A stretch of DNA of 50,372 nt from an uncultured Methanosarcinales archaeon (GTDB lineage: Archaea > Nanobdellota > Nanobdellia > Woesearchaeales > GW2011-AR9), in contig CAYHXT010000002.1 of assembly GCA_964360675.1 (NCBI GenBank), positions 1 through 50,372 of the forward strand. Direction: 5' to 3'. The translations under genes were made by a program, and so were the position numbers. Shown here one piece after another: positions 40,980 to 49,588 of this stretch. The notes beneath the pieces are model-generated. The model searched no databases and was not told where the DNA came from. It was given only the letters and a program-made list of their open reading frames with translations. The stretch's first letter is position 1, and each line of letters starts with the position of its first letter.

Positions 40980-41981
40980 ATGATGAAAAAAATATTACTG
41001 CTTATTTTATTGCTGCAGGTTTTAATCCTATTAACTGCAGGATGTTCCGCGGGAGAAGCAATTAAACCGGCCGATGCACCACCAGAATACGTTTCTGATT
41101 CCGGAGAAATAAAGGCGCATTTCTGTCCCGAGCAGGGATGCGAAGAGAAACTGCTGTCATTTTTGGATTCTGCCCAAGAGTCGGTGCACTGCGCCTTGTT
41201 TGACATCGGGCTGACTTCCGTACAGCAAAAGCTGAAAGAAAAACAGAAAGAAATAGAAGTGCTGATAGTAACTGACAATGATTATGTTAAAAAATTCAAT
41301 CATCCTTTCGTCAAAGCGGACACTTACGGATTGATGCATAACAAATTCTGTGTCATCGATGGGAAAAAAGTTATCACCGGCTCCATGAACCCTACCGACA
41401 ATGATGCTCATAAAAACAACAACAACGTTTTGTTCATAGATTCTCAGATTATAGCGCAGAATTATGAAGATGAGTTTCAGGAATTATGGGCGGGAACGTT
41501 CAAGAAAGGGGCGCCCGTAAAAGAACCGAAAATAAAATTGGATGAAACGCGCATAGAGACCTATTTTTGTCCTGAAGACCACTGCGCTGAACAGGTTAAA
41601 GAAGAATTAAAAAAAGCGGAAAAATCAATATATTTCATGACTTTTTCTTTCACTCATGAAGGGATTGCAAATATTCTGCTGTTGAAGAATCTTGACGGCA
41701 TCGAAGTGAAGGGAGTGGCGGAAGCGCGGCAGATCAGCGAGTATTCGCAGTTCAGCAGATTGCTGCAGAACGGCATCAGCGTCCGCAAGGATGGAAACAA
41801 AAATAATATGCATCACAAAGTGTTCATCATCGATGAAAAGACAGTAGTCACCGGCTCATTCAACCCCACTAATAACGGCGATAAGAACAACGATGAGAAT
41901 GTTGTGATTATTGAAGATCCTGTTGTTGCTAATCTGTTTGTAGCAGAATTCTGGAAAGTTTATGGAGAAACCGGTTCTTAA
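40980..41981 (+). CDS. secreted phospholipase D-superfamily enzyme with two HKD motifs
   Basis: Signal plus lipobox LLTAGCS. The two HKD motifs are MHNKFCVIDGKKVITGSMNPTDN and MHHKVFIIDEKTVVTGSFNPTNN (HxKxxxxD...GSxN twice). Confidence 0.85.
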   Translation: MMKKILLLILLLQVLILLTAGCSAGEAIKPADAPPEYVSDSGEIKAHFCPEQGCEEKLLSFLDSAQESVHCALFDIGLTSVQQKLKEKQKEIEVLIVTDNDYVKKFNHPFVKADTYGLMHNKFCVIDGKKVITGSMNPTDNDAHKNNNNVLFIDSQIIAQNYEDEFQELWAGTFKKGAPVKEPKIKLDETRIETYFCPEDHCAEQVKEELKKAEKSIYFMTFSFTHEGIANILLLKNLDGIEVKGVAEARQISEYSQFSRLLQNGISVRKDGNKNNMHHKVFIIDEKTVVTGSFNPTNNGDKNNDENVVIIEDPVVANLFVAEFWKVYGETGS

Positions 41982-42052
41982 GCATCCCTGTTCCTAAACT
42001 TCCCGTCCTCCCGACAGAAATATTTATTAAATCGGGGAGATTGAATTAGCTT

Positions 42053-42565
42053 ATGAAGATGTTGGATTTCCCTAATGCCCGGCAGACGTTTGAGTATGAT
42101 TGCGGAGCAAAAGCCATGCATGCTGTTCTTGCGTATTACGGCATTGATGTTAATGAAAATGAAATTATAAGGATAGCGCACACTAATAAAAAAAGCGGGA
42201 CCTCACTGCAGGGGATGATGGCAGTAGCCCGTCACTTCAAGCTTTCTGCGACCATGGGAGAAATGAGTGTTCAAAAAATAAAGGAGTGCATAGGAAAAGA
42301 TATCCCCATAATTCTGCTTCTGCAGGCATGGGCCAAACGAAAAGTCAAAAACTGGCAAAATCATTGGAATGACGGGCATTATGTGGTTGCTATCGGCTAT
42401 GATAAAAAGAAGATTTATTTTGAAGATCCCTATACTATTTCACATACATTTCTGCCGTACAAGGAATTAGAACGGCGCTGGCACGGCGAAAAGAGATACC
42501 GGATAGGTATAGTCATCAAAGGGAAAAAGAAATACAGTTCTAAAAAAAGCATACCTATGGGTTAA
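42053..42565 (+). CDS. stand-alone peptidase C39-like cysteine protease domain protein
   Basis: QTFEYDCGAKAMHAVLAYYGI (Gln plus catalytic Cys context) and GHYVVAIGYD (His context) are spaced as in C39/C39_2 domains. Confidence 0.6.
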   Translation: MKMLDFPNARQTFEYDCGAKAMHAVLAYYGIDVNENEIIRIAHTNKKSGTSLQGMMAVARHFKLSATMGEMSVQKIKECIGKDIPIILLLQAWAKRKVKNWQNHWNDGHYVVAIGYDKKKIYFEDPYTISHTFLPYKELERRWHGEKRYRIGIVIKGKKKYSSKKSIPMG

Positions 42566-42568
42566 ATT

Positions 42569-43516
42569 TCAGCTAAGATTATCCAGAATATCGTGCGCAT
42601 TGGCGGTGGAAAGATATTCAGCAATATCTTTGTTTTCTGCACTTAAGATAATTTTCATCTTCAGCGACATCTTTTCCTCGTTGCTTACGCGGGCAAATTT
42701 ATCTGCGGCAATCAATCCGTAGGGGTATCCTAAAAAGAGCGCGTCATTGCTGTTTGTTGCCAATAAATGCAAAAATTCTTTCTTGCCGGTGTAACGAAAT
42801 ACGTGCTTTGCTTTAGGATGCAGCTTGACAAAGAAATTGGCGCGGTCGATGACATAACTCCAGCAGCTTTTCTCAGGATTTAATCTGTTCAATAAGATCG
42901 CCGGAGAATTTCCTGAAGCAGTAAATAAAGAAGATGATTTTGCCAGAGCGCAGACGTTCTCCGGCAGCTTTGAAAGATATTTCTCTTCATTCCTGAAAGA
43001 AGGTTCTAATATTCCGTCAATCATTATTATGTCAGCATCAATATTTGCGCATAAAGAAAGTTCAGCAAATCTTCTGGCCATGTTAGCGACAGCATTAATC
43101 GAAGCGCGTTCAATGCCTATTCTGATAGTCGCATCTGTAGAAGAGATGCTTAATTGAGATTCATCTATTATCGCAGGGCCATTTAATGGGAATATTTTGG
43201 ATTCATAGGCTATATCATCATTTTCTAATCTTGCGGTCGTCAACAGATAAAATTCGTGCCGGCAATCTCTGATCTTTAGGTTGTGCTGGAAAACAAAAGC
43301 GCCGACACGGATGAAGCTCAAGCAAAAGTTTCCAGCAGAGATGATTTCTGCCTGTCCGCCGTCCACGAAAGCCACAGATTTAGAACTGTTGTTTTCAGGT
43401 ATCGTTTCAAAATTATCCTTATTTATTTCAATTATTTTGCGGTTAAAAATAATATGGTCTGTTATAGGAAAAGAAGAGAAATGTTTCTTTAACTGCTGTG
43501 AAATCTGGCGAAGCAT
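42569..43516 (-). CDS. NurA-like nuclease domain protein
   Basis: VAFVDGGQ (N-terminal acidic motif), IIMIDGIL and C-terminal LGYPYGLIAADKFARVS follow the NurA motif order. No HerA partner is present in the window. Confidence 0.45.
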   Translation of the reverse strand: MLRQISQQLKKHFSSFPITDHIIFNRKIIEINKDNFETIPENNSSKSVAFVDGGQAEIISAGNFCLSFIRVGAFVFQHNLKIRDCRHEFYLLTTARLENDDIAYESKIFPLNGPAIIDESQLSISSTDATIRIGIERASINAVANMARRFAELSLCANIDADIIMIDGILEPSFRNEEKYLSKLPENVCALAKSSSLFTASGNSPAILLNRLNPEKSCWSYVIDRANFFVKLHPKAKHVFRYTGKKEFLHLLATNSNDALFLGYPYGLIAADKFARVSNEEKMSLKMKIILSAENKDIAEYLSTANAHDILDNLS

Positions 43517-43567
43517 GATATTCGGGGCACGAAAAAGTTTATATAGATTGTTGTTTTTGCGGACTAC

Positions 43568-43873
43568 ATGGGAAACTTTGTTGAAAAGGCTCTTGCAGAA
43601 AGTGCCGCATTAGTTAGAGAAATAGAAGTAGAAGCTCAGGTTAACATTTTTAAGATAGATCTATTAAAAAAAAGAAATGCGGCATTGGTGCCGAAGCTGA
43701 TAAAGAGATTAGAAACGCAGGTCGCAAAGAACCAAGCGGCAGTACGTAATGATAAAAAGTACGGCTATAAAGAAGATGACGCTAAATTAAGGACGTTGAA
43801 AATTTTTCAAAGGCAATTTATTACTGCTTTAGAAAAATTAGGTGCAAAGCAAGTTCTCGATTACAATATATGA
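43568..43873 (+). CDS. hypothetical small helical protein
   Basis: 101-aa ORF, K/E/A-rich and helical-looking. Its 3' end overlaps the convergent gene by 13 nt. Confidence 0.35.
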   Translation: MGNFVEKALAESAALVREIEVEAQVNIFKIDLLKKRNAALVPKLIKRLETQVAKNQAAVRNDKKYGYKEDDAKLRTLKIFQRQFITALEKLGAKQVLDYNI

Positions 43874-44412
43874 TTTTCAAGATTACCCACTATAATATAA
43901 TCTTGTGCGGCCATTGTTCTTTTCCTGTAAATCCCCAAAACAAGACCTGAATCTTCTCCCAAAAATTCTTCTAAAAAGACAGTAGCGCTGGAAAGATGGC
44001 GGAGGAGGAAGCCAAGATCATTAGTAAATGTGCCAACTAAATGATCGGAACCGACAATCACTACCGTAGTTTTTCCTTTTTCCAGGATGGCGGGCAGGAC
44101 AGCGGCCATTTGCCGGTTCTGCATAGAAACCGTCAGTCTCGTTTCTGCAGGAAGATAAAATAAGCCGTCGTGGCTAAATCTCAATAGCATGTCTCTCTTG
44201 GAATCATATATCTCATCGGATATATCCTCTATTACTATAGATATCCTATTTTGTCTGGTCAATTCAGAAATGATGATTTTCTCATTGTTTTCTTGTTCAT
44301 GGTCAGAGTGTCTACTTTCACCAATAAAAATTATCTCTTTACCCTGTAGGCCGGCAATAAGTTCAGGATATTCGGTTTTGTTCTTTTTCCGACAATAGTC
44401 ATGGATATTCAT
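43861..44412 (-). CDS. hypothetical protein (weak TIKI/ChaN-like GE.H ... G.DH pattern)
   Basis: 183-aa ORF with IIFIGESRHSDHEQ and VVIVGSDHL, reminiscent of the TraB/TIKI/ChaN superfamily. The resemblance is weak. Confidence 0.4.
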   Translation of the reverse strand: MNIHDYCRKKNKTEYPELIAGLQGKEIIFIGESRHSDHEQENNEKIIISELTRQNRISIVIEDISDEIYDSKRDMLLRFSHDGLFYLPAETRLTVSMQNRQMAAVLPAILEKGKTTVVIVGSDHLVGTFTNDLGFLLRHLSSATVFLEEFLGEDSGLVLGIYRKRTMAAQDYIIVGNLENHIL

Positions 44413-44460
44413 TTTTTGTTATAAGCTGAAGGCCCGATTATGATAGATTATGGTAAAATA

Positions 44461-44569
44461 AGCCCTCGGCGAGATTTGAACTCGCGACCTCGTCCTTTCT
44501 GTCACTCCGTTCTTGACTTTTCCGAACGGAAAGTACCAAGGACGCGCCCTACCGCTAGGCCACGAGGGC
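44461..44569 (-). tRNA. tRNA-Thr(GGU) with a 37-nt canonical intron
   Basis: Reverse complement: GCCCTCG-TG-GCCT/AGCGGTA/GGGC-G-CGTCC-TTGGTA-[37 nt, plus-strand 44497-44533]-A-GGACG-AGGTC-GCGAG-TTCAAAT-CTCGC-CGAGGGC-T. All four stems pair. Confidence 0.85.
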
Positions 44570-44575
44570 ATAAAG

Positions 44576-44708
44576 TGCGGGGGAGGAGATTTGAACTCCC
44601 GAACTCACTAAGAGACAGGATAACTTATGTTTTGCAACTTAAGTCCTGCGCATTTGGCCAGGCTTTGCTCTAAGGTTCTGTTAGATTTCTCTAACCAGAT
44701 ACCCCCGC
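44576..44708 (-). tRNA. tRNA-Leu(UAA) with two introns (D-arm region and 37/38)
   Basis: Reverse complement: GCGGGGG-TA-[about 31 nt, 44669-44699, with GTTAGA-GAAA-TCTAAC hairpin]-GCAAAGCCTGGCCAAATGCG-CAGGA-CTTAAG-[16 nt, 44622-44637]-A-TCCTG-long variable arm TCTCTTAGTGAGTTC-GGGAG-TTCAAAT-CTCCT-CCCCCGC-A. The mature length is about 86 nt, as expected for a class II tRNA. Confidence 0.75.
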
Positions 44709-44803
44709 ATGCCTAACCTACGCAGGTGTCTTTTAGTTTAGTAAGTTATAAGTCCTGAACAAGCCATTTATTTATAAACTCTTCTTTTGCGGCAGTGATT
44801 ACA

Positions 44804-44909
44804 AGAAAATTTCGCAGGGTCTAAAGCCCCGCTCGCACAGTGAAGAAACTACTTCACTGGCGTCCCAGAATTGCCGTGCAATTCTTAGGACTTTAGAGCG
44901 AAATTTTCT
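44804..44909. other. 106-nt perfect nested inverted-repeat element (three-way-junction fold; ncRNA or MITE-like)
   Basis: AGAAAATTTCGC (44804-15) pairs with GCGAAATTTTCT (44898-909), 12 bp. TCTAAAG (44820-26) pairs with CTTTAGA (44891-97). Two inner hairpins: CAGTGAAG (44838-45)/CTTCACTG (44852-59) and AGAATTGC (44867-74)/GCAATTCT (44878-85). None of the four helices has a mismatch. Confidence 0.5.
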
Positions 44910-44964
44910 GTTCAAGAAATAAGCAAACTTATTTCTGGACAGAAAGTCTTGACTTTCTTGTTCC

Positions 44965-45045
44965 AAAAATGTGCGATATAATTGCGAGCCGTAAAGCCTC
45001 GTCTTTTAAGACGAGGATAGGCTCGCATATACTTAGCACATTTTT
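44965..45045. other. 81-nt long hairpin element
   Basis: AAAAATGTGC (44965-74)/GCACATTTTT (45036-45), GCGAGCC (44984-90)/GGCTCGC (45020-26) and CCTCGTCTT (44997-45005)/AAGACGAGG (45008-16) form one coaxial rod. Confidence 0.5.
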
Positions 45046-45098
45046 GTTACCTCTACTGGCAGGACTTATAGCATTTTGACAATCTGCCAAATGATAAT

Positions 45099-45290
45099 TA
45101 TACCAAAAGACATAATAATCTATACAATTTGTTATGTCTTTCGTATACTAAAAGTGCGAAATATTCGAATAATTATTCACACTTTTGTATATACCAAAGT
45201 GATTATAAAATACGAATATTAATCACTTTGAGTATATATACAAATGGCGTAAATTTGTCTAAAAATTTACGTCATTTGATATAAGTTACA
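45099..45290. repeat. array of four hairpin units delimited by (G)TATA(TA)C boxes at about 44-46 bp spacing (locus 1)
   Basis: Boxes lie at about 45099, 45143, 45187, 45232 and 45278. Unit stems: AAAGACATAA/TTATGTCTTT, AAAAGTG/CACTTTT, CAAAGTGATTA/TAATCACTTTG, and AAATGGCGTAAATTT/AAATTTACGTCATTT (one G-T pair). Segments 45144-45194 and 45187-45234 recur identically at 49721-49771 and 49918-49965. Confidence 0.8.
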
Positions 45291-45326
45291 GCAAATAATT
45301 TAAAGTAAGTTTCGTTTTTACGCTTT

Positions 45327-45950
45327 ATGACCAAAGTGCTTGTTTTTGATACTTTAGCAGAAGCAAAAAAAAATTTAGAGCAGTACCTGCAGCAGAATAA
45401 ATTAGTTAACGCGGGGATAAACGATGAATGTACTGCGCGCTTGCGCGTTTATAAAAACAGCGCTGACTTTTACAAACAGCATAAATTTTATGATGAGGAA
45501 TTGACGCAGGAAGAAGCGGAAGTGGTTTTTTCCCGGGCAGGAAAAGACCGCGTTTGGACTTTAATGCTGAAACTTTATGTTCAAGAACCAACAGATTATT
45601 ATGCTTTTGACGGCAATTTTTATGATTGGAATAGATCTTCCCACAGCGGAAACTATGGTCCAAGTTGTAATTCTATCACTTCCTTAATTAATGTTGTACA
45701 AAAAGAGATTCCTACAAAAAATACTCCCATCCTTGATGTAAAAACAATCCCTCTTTTCTATACGGTGCTGGAGATATTCAGTTACTCAACAGAAGAAATA
45801 AGAAAGATAAAAGAAGCCAATAGATACAAATATATGGGCACGGCAGAGAAGGAACATTTTAATCTAAGATTGCAGGAGTATAGAGAACGCGGCCTTACCG
45901 ATGCTGAGATACATGAATTTGTAACGAGATACGCAAGATTTCTTAATTAA
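45327..45950 (+). CDS. hypothetical protein
   Basis: 207-aa ORF with ordinary composition. No motif recognised. Confidence 0.5.
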   Translation: MTKVLVFDTLAEAKKNLEQYLQQNKLVNAGINDECTARLRVYKNSADFYKQHKFYDEELTQEEAEVVFSRAGKDRVWTLMLKLYVQEPTDYYAFDGNFYDWNRSSHSGNYGPSCNSITSLINVVQKEIPTKNTPILDVKTIPLFYTVLEIFSYSTEEIRKIKEANRYKYMGTAEKEHFNLRLQEYRERGLTDAEIHEFVTRYARFLN

Positions 45951-46041
45951 GTGTGTAAGTGATGGGTCAATTTGCTTTATGAAAGTCGAGTCGTAAGCGA
46001 CCAACAAATTTATATACGCCGTTCTCCTAGTTTCCTTAAAA

Positions 46042-46767
46042 ATGGTGTTAGATCTGCAAGCCACCCTTAATTTCATAACTGTACTTTTCGCTTTTCTATC
46101 AGCAGTTTTTGGCTTAATCGTGATAAATGCTTTATTTAAGAATAAACTTAAAATGCTTTTTTCCGATGAGAAATTCTTCATTTTTTTCTTCCTTATCGCC
46201 GGCTATGCCGTGTTTGCTTTGGGAGAACTGACCTGGTATTTAATCTACGTGGTTTTTGAAGCGGCTCCGACAGCAGGGATGCCTGATTTTTACTGGGTAA
46301 CGGGAGCTTTTTTCATGCTGATTTCCTTCACCGCTCTGAGCAGTATGCTTTATAGATCCTACGGCCAGATGCATCAGCTTCTTCCTTTGGTGGCGTTCGG
46401 TTCGCTCCTTCTTATTTTAGTATCCTTTTATGTTTATGCGGCCGGTTCGGGAGGCGCAGAAGATAGCAGCGTTTTCTTGAGGTATTTTTATCCGCTGACA
46501 ACCTCATTAATTTTAATTTCCTCAGCTAACTTGTTTTTATTTTATAGATATCTGGGGCCCATTGAAGTAAATCTAATGCCTCTTTTTTTTGCTAACATCG
46601 GTTTTCTCGGCGGAGATCTGCTGTATGCGTACTGGGGAGTTTCCGGTTTTCTCGGCATCCTTGCCCAGACTTTCTATATTTTAGCGTATGGACTAAGCGC
46701 TTTTACTTTCTTCACTCTTTTGGTGAAATTTTATCTGCATTCTTCCGGCAAGGAATTGTTGAGGTAG
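46042..46767 (+). CDS. polytopic membrane protein (about 7 TM helices)
   Basis: 241 aa with seven hydrophobic stretches of about 20 aa separated by short loops. No family motif recognised. Confidence 0.6.
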   Translation: MVLDLQATLNFITVLFAFLSAVFGLIVINALFKNKLKMLFSDEKFFIFFFLIAGYAVFALGELTWYLIYVVFEAAPTAGMPDFYWVTGAFFMLISFTALSSMLYRSYGQMHQLLPLVAFGSLLLILVSFYVYAAGSGGAEDSSVFLRYFYPLTTSLILISSANLFLFYRYLGPIEVNLMPLFFANIGFLGGDLLYAYWGVSGFLGILAQTFYILAYGLSAFTFFTLLVKFYLHSSGKELLR

Positions 46768-46938
46768 GTGTTGCATAGTGTTGCGACAAATAAAGCATCA
46801 TCGGTCGTGGAGGAAGCAGCAAAGCCAAAATTCAGGCGGGTAAGTTTTTGCTCCGCTGGTGACACTACTGCCAGGGGGTAAAATGCAGAAGTTTTATAAA
46901 CGGCAAGCGTTTCTAGGGGTTAAAAGTAGTGAAGAAAT

Positions 46939-47829
46939 ATGAAAAACGCACCTAACATCAATAGCGCACTTTTAACCCTCTTTATAGGCAGTTTTGCAAA
47001 TAATGCTATAGCTGAAGAGCCGAAACAACTGACGCCGGCAAAAGAGCTTAATACTGATTTGGTGGATAATATTCAAGAAAATGCTCTGGAAGAACCAGTG
47101 AGAAGAAATCTTTTATCTGCTGCCGTATCTTATACCACCAAAAATATGGCCGGCCAGCCGTATGAAAAAGGTGCGGAAGCTGAATTTGGCGCCGAGATAG
47201 CTTTGCCCATAAGCGAATCATTTTCGTTGCAGCAGGAATTAGGATTTTATGGCCAATGGCTTTCTTCATACGAAGACGGCGGATTTGAAAGGAGTAAAAA
47301 TGAATTGAGTTATAGGCCTAAATTGCGGTTTACTTTCGTGAACAATGATGATTTCCAAATATTTGCCGCGGCCGGATTAGGTTACCGAAGGCACCATGAA
47401 TCCATCTCTTTTGGTGACCTGGAAGGCTACGAAAAACATCTAGGTCTTGGCGCAAATATCGGTCTCGGCTTATACCACTACAATATTGATGCGGTCGTAA
47501 CCGGAAGCTGTTTGCTGGGTGAGAGGCAGTCCAGCTATGATTTCCGCAGGGGTTTAACCATGTGCGACCTGGATATAAGGCTTATTCCAAGATTCTGGAG
47601 ATTCAGTTTACCTTCGTCCGTACAGGTGTCAGAGAGAGTCTTAACAGAACATTCCGGTGTTTCCGGCCTGACCAAAAATCTGGTTTTATCCACGCAGCCG
47701 GGAATAGATGTTATTGATAATTTAAGATTATATCTGAATATGGAAATTAACCATAATTTGCCTGGCAGCAGGAATCGTTATGATGAATTTAAAATCGGCG
47801 GAGGCACGGCATTCATATGGGGCGAATAA
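46939..47829 (+). CDS. secreted protein with beta-barrel (OMP-like) sequence character
   Basis: Signal peptide ending AIA-EE. Repeated amphipathic, Gly/aromatic-rich strands (FQIFAAAGLGYRRH, LGLGANIGLGLYHY, IDAVVTGSCL). The C-terminal strand GGGTAFIW lies two residues before the stop. Confidence 0.4.
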   Translation: MKNAPNINSALLTLFIGSFANNAIAEEPKQLTPAKELNTDLVDNIQENALEEPVRRNLLSAAVSYTTKNMAGQPYEKGAEAEFGAEIALPISESFSLQQELGFYGQWLSSYEDGGFERSKNELSYRPKLRFTFVNNDDFQIFAAAGLGYRRHHESISFGDLEGYEKHLGLGANIGLGLYHYNIDAVVTGSCLLGERQSSYDFRRGLTMCDLDIRLIPRFWRFSLPSSVQVSERVLTEHSGVSGLTKNLVLSTQPGIDVIDNLRLYLNMEINHNLPGSRNRYDEFKIGGGTAFIWGE

Positions 47830-49466
47830 AAAATAGCTTGTTGGCCGTTTCGTCTATCGCCGCGCTAGGCTTGTCTTTAGGATGTGAATATATTCCTGAA
47901 GGAGTGCCATTATACGGCGAATGCAGCCGCCCAGTTAAGGAGATTAGGGATGAATTATTAAGATATAAAGAAGAAGAGCGCTGTGTTTCCACCGGCAAAG
48001 TCAGGGACTGCGGCAATCCAAATGATCTTTTTGTCATTTACGAAAATACGGCAGTGCAGGAGCATACCAGCTGCCTGGCAGACTTCATCACCGAGAGTTT
48101 TGCCGATAAAGGTCTGATCTATAATAAGAACGAAGATGCCGAACTGGTAATCGTGCCGGTTGAAGATTATCTTGACTATTCCACAAACGGAGGAGACGGG
48201 GTAACTCTGGGTGACGGCGTTACCATAGTCATTCCCAACTCTTTTCAGACAGATATATTTCATCAGATTGTCAATCATGAGATAGGGCATACTGTTGAAC
48301 CCGGAAAAGAAGAATTCCTGTCCCTTTTCCACGAAAATTATTCCTATTTTAAGACCTTCCAGCAAGATCCAGAATACGGCTCCCTCATGTTCATGGAGAT
48401 GTTCTATTACTGGCCGGAAGAAAAGAATTCCGACCTGACCCCTTATTATGGCATGTACTTCAAAGGATCGATATTATTTCCGGGCTTAGTGTTAAAACAT
48501 AACGGCAATATGGAAGCGGCAATGAATAAATTGGTGCATGCTGATGTATTAAAACTTGAAATCATGGTGGACGACCTATTGAAAGATCGGTCCGGGAATT
48601 TAGAAGACCAATATTACCTATCGTGGAAAGAGCTGCTGTCTTCAGAAAATTTTAGTTCAGAGCTGCAGTCTTACCTCAATGCCGATGAAGCTAAAGAATT
48701 ATTGGAATTTCTGAAAATAAGGAACTTGGAGATATACAGCAAAAATTTTGACAACAGCCATCCAAAGAGATTAGAACTATTTGAATCAGCCGAGGAATTC
48801 GCTTTAGACAACCGGTTCAGCAATCCCTTTTTCAAATCTTATTTTTCATTGATAGCTTCAACTCAACTGTTTCGTCAGCTCGCGAAAAAAAAGCCCGAAG
48901 ATTATAATGACCGATTTGCGCTTTCGGGCAGGATACTCGAATTGCTGGAAGCATATCCCTGCAGCGATAAAATAGGAGATTCTGAAACCTTCAACCCTTA
49001 CCGATGCCCTAAAGGATTAAGGAATCCGCTGCCGATCCACATCTATTCATATTTGGAACGGCTTTATTCGGTAATCCTGATGAAAGAAAATGACCCGGAA
49101 CTGAAAAAATCCCGGGCTAAAATTGCGGTGCAGGCAGTGTTGGATTATATCAATAGATTCTATCCGGGAGTAAACTTTGAGAAAGGCGACTTTGATGCGC
49201 TTAAGGTAGATATAGAAGCTACTGACAAGGAAACCAATGAAGACAGTTTAAGCTGGGCGCAGAGGACCAACAATATCCTGCCTTATCTGGCATATTTTTC
49301 AGCTCAGTGGGTTAATGATAAACACGAATCGGAACTTTTTTTAAAGGCCGCAGTGGCTGTCGAATGCCTGGACGAACATTTACATATGAATTCGGTGGAT
49401 ACACCATCCACCTGCAGGAATTTTCAGGAGAGAGCCAGAAAAAGACTTTATTCAATGAATCCCTGA
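47817..49466 (+). CDS. lipoprotein with HExxH zinc-metallopeptidase motif and helical C-terminal region
   Basis: Signal plus lipobox AALGLSLGC and QIVNHEIGHTVEP (HExxH). It overlaps the upstream gene by 13 nt. Confidence 0.6.
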   Translation: MGRIKNSLLAVSSIAALGLSLGCEYIPEGVPLYGECSRPVKEIRDELLRYKEEERCVSTGKVRDCGNPNDLFVIYENTAVQEHTSCLADFITESFADKGLIYNKNEDAELVIVPVEDYLDYSTNGGDGVTLGDGVTIVIPNSFQTDIFHQIVNHEIGHTVEPGKEEFLSLFHENYSYFKTFQQDPEYGSLMFMEMFYYWPEEKNSDLTPYYGMYFKGSILFPGLVLKHNGNMEAAMNKLVHADVLKLEIMVDDLLKDRSGNLEDQYYLSWKELLSSENFSSELQSYLNADEAKELLEFLKIRNLEIYSKNFDNSHPKRLELFESAEEFALDNRFSNPFFKSYFSLIASTQLFRQLAKKKPEDYNDRFALSGRILELLEAYPCSDKIGDSETFNPYRCPKGLRNPLPIHIYSYLERLYSVILMKENDPELKKSRAKIAVQAVLDYINRFYPGVNFEKGDFDALKVDIEATDKETNEDSLSWAQRTNNILPYLAYFSAQWVNDKHESELFLKAAVAVECLDEHLHMNSVDTPSTCRNFQERARKRLYSMNP

Positions 49467-49588
49467 CTCCTAACCTGAAGCGCTACCTGTTCCTTTTGTA
49501 GTGATAAAATCTTTTCACTACCAACCTGAAAAAATAAATTTTATAAATGTCCCCGTAATTTGATTTCTTTTAGTAGGAGGTGGCGTAG

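Noticed and set aside
45099-45290. Possible CRISPR array, because of boxes regularly spaced at about 45 bp (also at 49721-49965).
   Set aside because: The constant element is only about 8 nt (GTATATAC). The spacers are themselves palindromic hairpins, and two spacers are duplicated at the second locus. No cas genes or leader are present in the window. These features are incompatible with known CRISPR repeat-spacer architecture.
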